A stretch of DNA of 64,000 nt from Gnetum montanum (lineage: Eukaryota; Plantae; Gnetophyta): positions 623,889 to 687,888 of the forward strand of contig MNCI01000542.1 in assembly GCA_015680685.1 (NCBI GenBank), in the 5' to 3' direction. This document shows, piece by piece, positions 28,634 to 42,454 of this stretch; position 1 is the stretch's first letter; the number at the start of each line of letters is the position of its first letter. Position numbers and translations under genes: made by a program. The notes beneath the pieces are model-generated. The model did not search any database and was not told the DNA's origin. It saw nothing but the letters and a program-made list of their open reading frames with translations.

Positions 28634-31600
28634 TCCTCCACTCCTTAAGAGTATTCCTCCCAAAAGATCTCAAGATGGGAAGAATGTATTAGACTTGAGC
28701 TCCCAAGTAGCCTCTTGAGAACCATGATAGCTCCATAACACGTTCATCATGGGCATAATCCTATTGAACAACTGACATTCCATTCAATTCACAATCCTAA
28801 TGGGATATTCCACATATGAGGCATTAGCTTGAAGCTAAGCCTTAGTTAAATCAAAAACATAATTATGATTAGGAACATACTTTCATAGCATGGAGATATA
28901 AAATATATCATGCATGATCAAAAGCAGTGGAGGCAAACCAACAAGATATGCAACCTTTCCTATTTGCTAAAGAACATAAAATGGCCCAATGTAATGAGGC
29001 ATAAATTTGTCTTTTCAACTAAAATGCATTAATATTTTTACTAGAGAGACACAAAGAAACACCTTGCCATGAACTACAAACTTGAAAGATCTCCTCCTAT
29101 GGTTCATGTATCTCACTTAGCAATCTTAAGCTACTTTAAAATGCTTGTGAATCTTCCTAATCTGCTCAATTATCTTTATCATAACATCTAAGTTGATACA
29201 TTGCCCATCCTCTATCACATCCTAATACAAGGGAGTCCTTCAAGGTCTTCTATACAAAACCTCATACAATGATACCTTCAAACTTGCCTGATAGCTATAA
29301 TTATAGGTAAAATCTACCAGTGGCAATAGACTATCCCAACTATCTGAAAACTATAAAGCATAAGACCAAAGCATATACTTCAATACATGGTGAACTTTTT
29401 CAACTTGACCATTAGTTTGTAGATGATAAGTTGAACTCATATTTAGCCTTGTATCCAAGCCCTCCTTGAATGTGGGCCAAAACTAAGAAGTGAATTTGAC
29501 ATCATGATCTACAACAATCTTGGCAAGAATGTCATCAATCATATGATCTTAGAAATGAATAACTATGCAACATCCTCCATTCTGGATATAGTTTTCATTG
29601 CTAGGAAATGCATTGACTTGGTTAAAATATCATCAACAACAAGAATAGTATTTTTTCCACCCCTAGTGCAAGAAAAACCAATAATGAAATCCATACCAAT
29701 TACCTCCCATTTTTACTCTAGGATAGTGTGAAAGGTATAAGTAGCCACCTATTCATTAGTCCTCAAGTTTAACCTAGTAGACATATAGTCACAAATTCTC
29801 CAACCTACTTCTTCATGCCTAGCTACTAATACAACTTCTTTAGCATCTAGTACATCTTGTCACTACCTAGATGCATCTAAAGTCTACTAAGATGATCTTC
29901 TTCTAATAGACATTATCATAAGGAATCAAGCAAATACACTTAATCCTTATGATGAAGCAACCTGAATGCATCAAGTGCCATTGAAGAATTACTAGATTGC
30001 CTAAGCTACTCACAATAAGGATCATGCTGCTACTCTACACAAACCTCCCTAATCACATTGGACTAGATCATTAAACTATGGGTCTTACCATCTACATAAG
30101 TCAAGGCATTTGCAAAAACATTGCTTTTTTCTATTTGTTACTAGCTGGTAAAATTAAAATTAGCCAATAGCTCAACCCACATCCTCTAATGTAGGTTTAA
30201 CTATGATTAATTCATCAAATATTGTAACCCCTTGTGATCCATGCAAATCATCAACTACTCCTTGATCAAGTAATGATGCCAAAATTTCAAGGAAAATAGT
30301 ACTGCTCCCAACTCAAGGTCATGTGTGGGGTAGTGCATCTTATGAGACTTTAACTATCATGAGGCATAGGCTATCACTTTGACCTCTTGCATGAGGAAAC
30401 ACTCATAATCCTCTCCTAACACATTAGTACAAACATCAAACAATTTACCTAGGGTAGGTGAAATCAAAACATGAGTTAAGATTAGTCTACCCTTGATGTC
30501 ATCAAAGGTAACTTGACAAAGAGGTCCCATAAGAAACCAATATCATTCCACAATAGCTTCATGAGGGGCAAAGTAATATGAGATTAGTTCTTAATGAATC
30601 TCCTGTAATAATCTATAAGATCAAAAAAAAAAAAAAACTACCAACCTTTCCAACATCCTTGAGAATAGATCAATCCTAAATAACTAATATCTTAGTGGGA
30701 TCCATTACTATACCAGCTTTCAAAACCTAAGAAATAAATCTCTTGGCATCCAAAAGAATACTTAGAAAATTGAGCAAATAATTGATGTTCTCTATGCATC
30801 TACAAAATGATTCTCATATGTTGCTTATGTAACTTCTCAAATGAAATGTATACCAAGATGTCACTGATGAACATGATAATAAAATACTCCAAGTATGATC
30901 CCATGACACTATTCAAGAGGTGCACAAACACTACAAGAGTACTAGTGAGTCTAAAGTGCAAGGCCAAGAACTCATACTATTCAGTCAATGTCTAGAAGGT
31001 TGTTTTGGAGACATCTTTTTCTCTTATGCAAACTTGGTGATATCCTAACTATAGATTAATCTTAGTGAATACCTGAGATTCCCTCAACTAATTGAACAAA
31101 TCTTCTATGCATGGCAAGGGATACTTATTCTTCACTATCACATGGTAGTAGTAATTAATGCACAACCACATACTACTATTTTTCTTCTTTATAAAAAGGA
31201 TATAAGCACCTCAAGAAGACACACTTGGATGAATCAGGTCCATGTCAAGTTACTCCTAAAGTTGAATCTTTACCTCTGGTAACTCAATAGGGAACATTCT
31301 ATGTGGAACCTTAGAGATAGTTTTAGCACCAAGTTTGAGAGAAATCTTAAACTTAACATCATGCCTTCATGGAAGACTAGGTAACTCAAAATAAAATACA
31401 TTGAAAAACTCACGAATAGTAGAAATTTAATCAATCTTAGGCAACAATTAAAGCTCATTGATTGAAATATTGAAATAAAAATGATCCTTCCTTAATAAAT
31501 GGTGAAACAATGTAGACGACACAAGATTCAACTTGACCTTACATAGCAAAGTATGCATCATCATCTAAACATCATCCCTTGACATTAAGGTACCTTACAA

Positions 31601-33139
31601 CAACAATCCAAGCTACCTTGGTAGTGAGAAAACCATTTGTATCCAAGAAAATGTCATAGTCCTTTAAGTTCATGTTGTGGAGATCAATGAAGAAGTGGCA
31701 TCTTGAATTACCAAGAATATAGACCTATAGACTTGCTCCATGGTAAGTACAAAACTACTAATGGAGCTAATAACAAGTCCTTGATCAAGATACTAATCCA
31801 CTAAAACAAAATTTTTAATTACTCATGGATCAACAAAAAAATGGCTTACACTAGGATAAAAAGGAATCAAAACTGCTAAATTGAAAATCATACCTCTAGC
31901 CTTCACCATAGTGTTAGGCTAAGCATTGACTATCTAATTTGTCAAAGCATACATATGTACATTGCATCCTAGTATCATCCTAGCCATTACTAGGTTTTCC
32001 ATCCTATTGATAGCCTCTACTTTTCAAACTCTTTAGATTGTAAAAGCTCTTATGGCCTAGTTGACCATAGTTGTGATGGTCTGAACATTTCTTATGAATG
32101 TGCCTAAGTCTTCTGCAAGCATTGAAAGTAATGAGTCCTCAAGACCTTTATTATTATTATTCCTAATTACTTGAATTAAATCTTTTGGTCCTCTTGGATC
32201 CACTAGACTTCCCAAAAGAGGCCTTGTCCATCTTTTAAGCTTGAGCAAGTCATGCTACTTCAACTAATTGATTGCACTCTAGATCTAACATATAAACTTA
32301 AACATCCTCATACATTTGAAGATGCAAAGAAATAAAATGGTTCTTGATAAAATCTTAAAGATCATGAAGAAAATGGTTGATTTTAAACTTATCATCAAAA
32401 TGTATTTGAGGCACATACATGCTCAACTCTAAGAAGTTACAATCGTACTTTGTCAGAGTCCAATGGCCCTAGTTGAGTTGGTAAAACTCCTTAGCCTTTA
32501 ACTCTACAAACTCTAAAGGAATGTAATGAGCATTGAAAGAATTGAAGAAAGCACTTCAATTAATATCATATTCTTCCTAAGGATGAGGCTTTTCTTGAGT
32601 AATCCACCAATGTGTAGTAGCCATACAAAACTTGTAATTTGTCACATGAGTTTGGTATGCATGAGTATAGCTCATCAACTTGAAGATCTTAAAAATATTC
32701 TCAAGTCACTCATTGATCATGGTAGGATCTTGCTCACCCTAGAAGGTAGGAGATCTTAGCATATGGAACAACTTCATATGCTCTCTCTCTCTATTTATCA
32801 TCTCTCATTGCCACCACTCCTAGAAGCATCCTACATCAATGACAAACTAGAGTTCTTCTCCATATGCTAATGGAGGAACTGAAAAAGATAATGATTGATA
32901 TCTATTTAGCTAATCTCCTCCTCCTATTTAGGAGTAGGAACTAAAGTGGTAGGTTCTACTTAGGAATCTATCAATAACTCCTTAATTCAATCAAGAAGAG
33001 GGCTAGATGTTGGTATTGGATTACTAGGCCTAACATTCACTCTCCCAGCATGGTCATATCCACTTCTAGTACCTACCATCATTTGACATAGCAATGTAAT
33101 AAGAAAATAAAAAAAAAAACCTACTCTTTGATACTAGCT

Positions 33140-36100
33140 TGCGACACATTCCTTTCTAAACCTTAGATTGGAGAGCATTACGTTGAGTAAAACTCCTAAT
33201 GAACAATTGGTCATGGAAGAAGTCAAATAACAAAATAAATATGCAACGAAAATAACTACAAAGGAACCTAGTATGAATCTATGACCTAAGGAAAGAGATG
33301 AAACTAGCAGTGAAAGAAAAGAAATACATAAATATAATTAAAATTATGATAAACTTATATGCTAGGAAACTTAATCTAATTAGATAAAAAAAATACAAAA
33401 ATTCTACTAGAAATTAAATAAAAAACAAGAGAATTAAATAAATTGCAATATGAATCTTCATAATATATGACCAACATAATATCCAAGGTCTAAACCATAT
33501 GTAATCCATAAGTAAAGAACTAGAAAAAGGGAGACAATATCTAACACAAAGTCGAAATTTCTAACACATAATAGTCAAATTCAAAACTAGAAGCATAACA
33601 TCACAAGCCATACTACGAACAACCTAGCAAAACACCCAAGGTTTTCAGTCTCTACCCAATCTGATCAATCTATAATAAAAATGGGTTATCAATATGAAAC
33701 CTAGTGTGAACTCTTAGCACCATCTTCATTCAAAAAATGAGTAGATACCATGGGAGTTCGATGGATCATGGTTATGATGCAAAACATGTTAGCTCAAAAG
33801 CATCTAAACAAGCAAACAAATATATAGCTAAACATACAATCATCAAACATTATCTAAAACAAGAATTTCCAACTTGAACCATTAACACAGATAAGGAGGC
33901 TAGCATGCATCAAACTTAGTGTCAAATGCATGTCAAATTGTCATGTGTATTTTGCCAAATTCAAAAACCAAAATGTATCCAAACCAAATATTAAATTACC
34001 ATGCACATGAATTTATTAATAGTTTCAAAATGAATGAGAAACATCTCTAAGACTTACTTCATATATTTTAAAATATATAGTGATGCTAGAGGAATTTACT
34101 AGGACTCACCTCTAAAGTTCTAGAGGCATCGAACAAAAAGGACTAATGAGCCATGGAATCACTTTCTCACATAGGATGGAGCCTACAATGAAAGTCACAC
34201 TAATACATCCCAATGGGGATCAATCACCAAAAATCTTCAAGGAGCCCATATCTATCTAGCCACATAAACTCAATGCTAGTCCCATATTCTAATCATCTAA
34301 CAAACAAAGAAACATTGAAAACCAAACTGACAGTGGATGGAAATAACATAACCAAAGAATCCAACACATCAAGGAAAATCCAAAAAACTAAGGAATCCTC
34401 CAAAAATTCATTAGTTCAAAGAATGATATATCATCATTAAGACCAAAAAATCATATGGAACTTCCTCATTGAAAGGGAGTTAAACTAAACATCCAAAAAG
34501 ATCTCAAATATCTAACACAATGTCCTAATAACACCAACTATTCCAAAAGGGTAAAATCATACCAAAGCTTCCAAAAAAACTAATTAAACCAATACAATAA
34601 GAAGACTAAAATTTCCAATAACCAAGAACCATATAAGGGATAATACTCCCTCCATGTCATAGCCATTTATCTAAGCAAGGAATTTCAAACCTTAGAAATC
34701 CAGTAAGAAGATTGATAAAATCATGATGTGGAAGAGTGCATACAATAAGGACCTATGAGATCAACAATACAAGATAAAATATTAAAATAATTGATAAGAA
34801 AAACCAAAAATTGACCAAGTTTCAATCTAGGTAATACTTATGTAAGGGAAATTTTGAAAGTTTGAAGATCCAAAAGTGTATACAATAAATTCAATAAAGG
34901 TGGAAGATTTGCTAGGGTTTTAAAAAGCTTTGGAGTTAAGAAAACCAAGTTTCAAGCTAAATCAGAGAATCAAACTTCATAAGAAGCAAGTTTATTGAAG
35001 TTTTGGTCTTGTAGGAAAGACATCTAGGAAAATAAGAGATCTTCATGAAAAGAAATCTATGTGTTGGTGGAGACATCTATAGCAGGGCAAAGACATCTTG
35101 TCTTAGATAGAGACATCTCTAAGGAGACATCTATATGAAAAAATGAGGTGTCTACATTTGACAAGAGACATCTCTTGCAAGGTCAAGATATCTCCAGTAA
35201 GATGTCTCTAGGCTAGGAAATATGTCTCCACTAGGCAAGAGACATTTGGCATAAGGAAGAGATATCTTCCTTGGTGGCTTGGCTTATGGGAGAGATGTCT
35301 TTCCAAGATCAAAGACATCTAGTATGAGTAGGGAGGTTAAAATTCAATTGGAAAGAAATCAAATTGATGGGAGATAACAAGAAAACTGTAGGTAAGAATC
35401 CAACAACCCAAGAGCAAGAATTTATGGAGAGTAAGAATAATCCATTGCCAAATCTAGTGTGGATAACTTAAATTGACAAAAATATAAGTAGTAAAATCTC
35501 ACAATGTAAGGAATCACACTTACATGAATAAGATAATGATATGAATCATGGAACAAGGATCCAATTAAAATCATCACAAAATCATAGGAACTAAAATAAT
35601 GCATTAAGAAGAGCTTAGGATCAATAAAAGGGAAAAATAGGCCAAGGTAAGACATCAAATATCACAAGATTCCAAAATTTCCATCAAACAAAACCAAACC
35701 ACATTCTCACTCCAAATCCAAAATAAAAGTGAACAAGAATTACAGTAAATCTAATCATTCTATTGTAACTGATAAAGACCTATCAAACAACAAAACCCAT
35801 TCGTACAAAATTGTTGGTATAATTCTCATAGAACCCATACCAGAAATTGACAAAAAAAATACTACTAGCCATAAATTTCATACATACTAATCATTCAATC
35901 CAATATTCCAAGGCAATCAAAGCAATTCCCATTAGCCTATAAACAACATAATAATACAGAATCTATTATTACTAAATACATCCCATGAATGTGCACAAAC
36001 CTACAAACATAAATGGAAAAGGATCTAATATTACTTATCTTCAATCTATGCAAAGAGATCCACAAGAGAAAAGAGCAACACAACAAAGATTCAAAGTGAA

Positions 36101-36743
36101 TCACAACCTCTCCACCAACTTCAATCTTCCATAGAACCTCCCTATCATAATCTCAAATTGTCAATGTGTTGGAATGAAAGAGCCATGGAAATTATAATGG
36201 AAGATTTATAAAAACCATGGAACGAGATAAAGTAGCCAATTATCAAAATAAGAATTAAACTAAATAATATTTCCATTAATGCTTCTCACCGCACACGTAA
36301 CTTTCTCAACTTTCATGTAATATCTAAACATACTAAAATAATCAACAAAGCATATGCTAATAAAAAAATTATTTTTAAATATCTTATTAATCTCATAAAA
36401 ATAAAAAAAACTAATTAAATCAAATATAACTCAAATAGCTACCAAAACCACATAAAAACAAGATCATAAAATATACTCTAAGGAATATCAAGCAAAACAT
36501 AGATCATCAAATATGCCATGCTCCCAAAACAAGCCTCTCATTAAATACTGTAACACTTAATAATAGGATTAGTTCACATCTACTTAAAGGTAATAAATAT
36601 ACATATACATAAATATCAAAAGCTATAGACATCTCAAAGTTCATCATGAAATATCAATGCATAATTATAAAATATGTTAAACCAGTAATACACATGACAC
36701 ACACCCAAGTGCAAGCAACACAATTTCAATAAGGATCACACAT
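33140..36743 (-). repeat. 5' LTR of the Tekay-type element (outer end removed by a 96 bp deletion)
   Basis: Colinear with 25038-28633 and adjacent to the PBS. The missing end is present in the duplicate at 54148-54243. Confidence 0.88.
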
Positions 36744-39577
36744 GGCCTATGATGTCTAAAGATGCATATATAATGGTTAAGATTTATGATACATGTCAAC
36801 ATCATGCTCCACTTATTTATGTTCCATCACAAGAGATTAAGACTTCCAAAATCATGTACCCTTTCCAAAAGTGAAGGCTAGATATCATAGGCTCTATTAA
36901 TCCTCCCTCTTTCATTGATCATCAATTCATTCTAATAGCTATAGAGCACTTTACCAAGTGGATCAAAGTTATTCCCTTGAAATTTGCAACTTCCAAGTAC
37001 AAGTGCCACTTCATCTTTGATCATGTTATCATCCACTTCATTATTTTCCTCTACATTGTTACTAATAATGGATCCTAATTCAAGAGTAAAGAGCTTACCA
37101 AGTTCTATGAGAAATATACCATTCTCATCTCCATACTATCCCTAATCCAATGATCAAGCTAAGTCAACCAATAAATCCCTTGTTTGTTTGCTCAAAACCA
37201 TGGTTGATAAATATTAACACAATTGGCATACCTAGGTAGCCCATGCTCTTTAGATCTATCAAAACACCATTAAGAGTGTAACTTATCAAATCTTGTTCTT
37301 GCTCACCTATGAGTTAGAAGTTATATTTTTGATGGAGCTGGACATGACTTCATCTTGATCATCCTTGAACAATCGGACGATGAATGAGAAGAATGATAAC
37401 ATGCAGTGTGTTAAATTAGATATCCTAGAAGAAACTACAAGCAAGCAATAATTAACATTCAGAACCATCAAGAGGCCATGTGCTATTGCCATGCCAAGCA
37501 TAACAAATTGAGAGAAATCAAGAAAGGTGATCTTTCTCTAAGGCATTTTCCTAATGCCAAGACTTTCAAGTTCTTGAATTCGCAAGGTTCCTTTGTTATT
37601 CTCAAGAGTCTTCATAATGGAGCATACTACTTACTAGACTCCAATGGGAATCAATATCCAAATCTTGTGAATAGAACTTACCTCAAGTGATATTATATTT
37701 AAGGCTTAAAGAAAAGATAAATATGTCTCAAGCTTGTTCTACCCCTTTCCTTATGTTTTATTATATATTTTTTAATTCCCCTCCCCTATCTTTCTCTTTC
37801 TCTCTCTCTCTCTCACTTTCTCTATTCTTTGTTATTTTCTTCTATCTTTCTCATGCAATCTCATCTAGTTCACCTACTCTCTGCTCATCTTATTCTATTA
37901 ATATTTCTTCCATAGCACATTATGGTGAGTATGTTATTAGCAATTTGCCTCATGTAAAAGCAATAAGTATTCTATCATTTTTACTCCATGTGAGGTTGTG
38001 TTAAGTTTAAGTGGGATAGGAAGGAAATTTATTAAACTATTAACATTAATGATTGATGAGCGGCGAGGTACCCCTATGCCCAACCATATGAATCACAAAG
38101 CATTCACATGCAATTTGGTCAAATTCTATGGACTATATAGTTTCTGGTACACTAATCTTCTAGGAAGTGAATCTTGCTCTAAGGTCATTCATTGTCTTCC
38201 TGATTACACTCATGAAGCATAATGGTATGGTTAAGAGTAATTGAGGCATATAATTTTTATCATTTTATGTTTTATGGTTTTGGTTCTTGAAAAGAAAGAT
38301 AGAATAATTTAATGACTAATTCAATTTAACTAACTAACTAATCCTAACATAAGCATTTGGTCCCACTTTCTGTACATGTCCTAAACCCACATATCCATTG
38401 TTGGGTTACCAAGCACTATGATACTAGGCATACTAAGCAATAACACTACTAGGATTACCAAGCAAATACGTGCTATGCTCGAAGTGGTTGTACTTATGTA
38501 TTTAATCTATCTAGCTTATCTCACTTAATTAGCTTAATTACTAGAGAACATTAAATAATTAAATGAAAGCATTAAATGCATAAATAAATATCTAAACTAT
38601 CCAAAATGCTAAAAGGTTTATCAAGAAGCTTGTCTTTATTGCCATACACATTGTCATGCTCAGGTACAATAATGCTCAAATAAAGATTCGTGCACTCAAT
38701 GACTCCTGCGGTGGTCAGTTGGGAAAATATTCTAACTCTCAAATGGGAAAACTGCAAGAGCTCTACCACTACTATGACAAGACATCCTCTAAATGTGGTT
38801 GATGAACTCATATTTATAGGCAAAAGCAAACCCTGTGTTGATGTGGCCTAGTCGACAAGGCCACATTGACATAGCCAACCATGACTCATCAATGATCATT
38901 AGAGTGTGAGATTTAGCCATGCCCCACTTCTGAGGCATAACATCTTATCTTGGTGTATAGGTGATATCCCTCATTTATTTCCCCATTTTATTATTTTCTC
39001 ATTTACACAACTCTCTAAGTCATCTTCCATCTCTCATTTTTCTCTATTCTTTATCTAACTCCTCTCTCCTATCTCATTTCCTTTTATCTCATTTATACAT
39101 TGATAAATATTGAGCAATTCTATTCTATTCTAGTGAGGCTATATTAAAAGCATCAGTGGAATAAGGTATGAACATCAATAACATCCTTTCAACCATCTTG
39201 TATGTAAGATCTTATCGTGTCTCTTTTCTGTGGCATAGCAACATCCTCTTGATTGGTATATTGGCAATATCCTAACATTCTCCCCTTATTCTATTTCTTT
39301 TATTCCTATTTTTTTTGTATGTATTTCAATGTGTCCATATTTTCTCTTCTTGATGGATCCTCATTTGAAACCTCAGTAGCATCCATTAAGAAGGGGCAAT
39401 GTTACACTAACTTTTTTGGTTAACCATGAATTAATACTAATTGTAGTTTTAATAATGTCACACCAAGTTCAAGCATCAAACCTTGTTTATTCAACATCAC
39501 CAAGTACACTCTCAGCTCTTGAAGGTTACTAGACACCATTCTAGTTCATAATCCAAGTTATAAATTTCATTCTTGAT
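35750..39577 (+). repeat. Segmental duplication, copy 1
   Basis: Colinear with 53127-56247, including the Tekay LTR/INT junction, the INT and 3' non-coding DNA. Confidence 0.95.
38054..38891 (-). mobile_element. Solo LTR of the Athila-like family with 5 bp TSD
   Basis: TGATGAG...CTCATCA termini; ATGAT on both sides (38049-38053 and 38892-38896); empty site in the duplicate at 55561-55565. Confidence 0.95.
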
Positions 39578-39699
39578 GATCCTATAAGAGTTTGAAAATC
39601 AAAATTTTTGCAAAGTGTTAGAGCTAATGCAAATTCCATGTCAGCTGTAGCCCTAGATAACCCTACCCATGTTACCTACACAAAACATCATCTTGACAT

Positions 39700-41310
39700 C
39701 AACTTGAATCATGCAAAATTTTAAACAGTGCATTCTAGACTCCCACAACATCATAGGATTTAAATTTGGAAATTTTGATAGCTTGACCCCTAGATCCCCA
39801 AGGTCAAAATTTGTATAACTTTGGAGATGATGTTGATGCTAATGTTGCATCAACATAAGTGCCAAGACCTCCAAGAGCTTCTCCAATACCTCCATGGCAT
39901 TTCATTTCTTTACCTTGCAGTATTCCCCAAGTATATAGGATTCTCAATGCCCAAAAAAACATCAATAATAACTTGGTTCAAGGTTAGTTTGGGTGCCTTG
40001 AGAGCTAAAATTTTCAACCTAAAAAATTGTTGAATATTTTTATCAACTCTAGCATCAATATTAACACCTAGAAAAGCTATATTTTGTGGTTCTTAACCAT
40101 TAAGTTTACCATTTGATACCTTCTCCAAGCTTTTTAGGCTTCTCAACATCATCCTTGTAGCATTCAACCTTAATTCAAAGGTGAATTGGGATCCTAAAAA
40201 CTCGAGATTCCAACTTGGACAAAATATCAAAAAATTGACCAAGTATGGATGAAGCGTCAAGGTCACCATCCTTGGATTGTATAGAACTCCATCGTTGACA
40301 TGTATAATCAATTTGCAACCTTACCTCTAGGCTTTTTGGGCTCCTCAATGTCATCCCATCAATATTTGACATTAGTTATGAGGTTAAAAGGGGTTCTAGA
40401 AACTTGAAATTGTAACTAAAAAATTGTTAAAATTTGTTGCCAACGCTAGCATCAGCATCAACACCTAGAAAAGCTATATTTTGTGGTTCCTAACCATCAG
40501 GTTCATCATCTAACATCTTTCCCAATATTTTTGGGCTCTTCAACATTGTCCTAGCAACATTTGACCTTAATTCAAAGGTTAACTGAGATCCCTAAAAGTC
40601 AAGATTTCATCTTGGTGAAAATATCAAATATTTGACTAGGTATGGATGAAGCACTAATGCCACCATCCTTGGATTTTATAAAAGTCCATTGTTGACATGC
40701 ACAATCAATTTGTAACCTCATCTCTAGGCTTTTCAAGCTCCTTGACATCATCCTGGTAACATTTGACATCAGTTTAGAGGTCAAAATGGAACCTAGGAGC
40801 TTGAAATTATAACTTGGTCAAGATGATGAAAAATTGACTAAGTGTTATTACTAGCATCAACATTAGCATTAGCACACATAAAACTTGCATCGTGTCATTC
40901 TTAACCTACATCTTCACCATTCAACTATAGTCTTAGTTCCTAGGGGTTTCTACACATCATCTTGGAAACATTCATCCTTAGTTCAGGTGTCAAATTGGGC
41001 GCTAGAAGCTCAAAAGTTCAACTTCATCAAAACTACAAAAATTTGGCTAAGTGTTTGTGACACTAATGCCAGTGTTAGCATCAACATTACCATTCTTAGA
41101 ACCTGCACCATGCTTCTTGCACCTTTCAACTTAGCATTCAACATCATTCCCTAGTCTCACAAGTCCCTTGATAGCATTTGAATACCATTCGACATTTGTT
41201 TAGGCATTAGACAAAGTCCTAAGAAGCATGAACTAGCACTTGAGCGAAATTATCAAAAATTGTCTATGTGGTGATACACTAATGTTGATGTTAGCGTCAA
41301 TGTTAGTGTT
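39700..41310. repeat. Diverged ~198 bp tandem repeat with ~397 bp dimer structure
   Basis: CTAGCATCA...ACACCTAGAAAAGCTATATTTTGTGGTTC at ~40049 and ~40446; GGCT..TCAA..TCATCC motif at ~40138, 40338, 40533 and 40735. Confidence 0.75.
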
Positions 41311-42454
41311 CCTTGTCAAGCTCATCAAACTTACCACACACAAAGATTAAACTTTTCATTTTCAAACTTGAGATTAACTTCAAGTGAATTGCACGTGATT
41401 CCATGCTTGAATTTAGTAACCCTAAGTTGAAATTGGCAATCCTAGGCCTATAAATAGGAGTTCAAAACATAAATTCTAGGTAGGTTTCTTGAGATCTTAA
41501 GTAGTTTTTAAGATTTTAAGAGATCAAGAATGCATATAGGAGACCTCCCAATGTCACTTGTGTGCTACATGATCACCACAACTCCTCTAGGCTCCAACAA
41601 TAGTGTTAACACGATATGCACATCAACCCTCCAGACTTGGAATTTTTCGAGCTTCAACATCAATATCTAAAGTCAAAAATGTGTCATCTCTAACATCAGT
41701 GATGGGACACTTAGATAAAACATCCTCATTTTAGCCCAGAATTGATTTTGGATTACTCATACGACCTCTCCATCCATATCCTCACCCTCCAAAGGTTCAA
41801 TTTCACACTCTAAACTCATATTTTGCTCATGAACTAGGTTTTTATTGTTAGTTTCATCCTACTTGCATTTTTGCTTCAACATTTATAGTTTGACCCTCCT
41901 TGGGAGGCAAACACTCATTTTATTAGGCAATAAAGCATTTCTTTTGTTTAGTAAGGGAATCTAAATCTTTTCCCAATATCATAGCACCTTATACTTAATA
42001 TTATATACTCTTTTACTCATGTTTTATAATTAGAATTCATTCCATATATCCTAGTTCATTCCATATTTAGTTTATTTTTTAGCAATAAATACTTAGCTAT
42101 TTTTTAGCATTTAAACTACATATTTCTATCATTCCCCTATAGTTCTAGGTTTGCATTCGGTAGGTTAAGTCCACATTCAATGAGAGACTTGTGCCTCGTC
42201 ATGTCATCATCATTGATTAGCGAATATTATATCGAGTTAGGACTATTGTAGTTGTGAATTAGGTACATGGAAAAATCTTTACATAATTAAAAGGATAATT
42301 TTGTAGAAACACATAACAAATACTTTAAGGTATTTTGAAACACTCTATATTTTATCATGTAAAACCTACTTTATTTTCCTTTTTTTACATCAACAATGCC
42401 CCCTTAATCAGTAATGGTAGACCATGATAAACCGCTACAGTGACCAAAGAAATC

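Larger units (their letters stand above)
25038..36743 (-). mobile_element. Near full-length decayed chromovirus (Tekay-type Ty3/Gypsy) nested in the integrase of element 2
   Basis: Two ~3.6 kb LTRs (25038-28633 and 33140-36743), a degenerate tRNA-iMet PBS ~33123-33136 and a PPT at 28634-28648. Internal gag-PR-RT-RH-INT plus a chromodomain (WSYHGSQEATWE ~28700-28740). Confidence 0.9.
22570..42212 (+). mobile_element. Decayed Tat/Ogre-type retrotransposon 2 (RT, RH, aRH, split INT, long 3' region, probable 3' LTR)
   Basis: RT ~22860-23620 (KDDFPLPNIDQL, YMDD ~23457); RH ~23860-24230; aRH ~24350-24720 (CTNNIAEYEGL). INT is split at 25037 (EQVH) and resumes at 36744-37690. TATA CCTATAAATAG at ~41447 and a CATCA-type end near 42209-42212. 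Confidence 0.8.
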
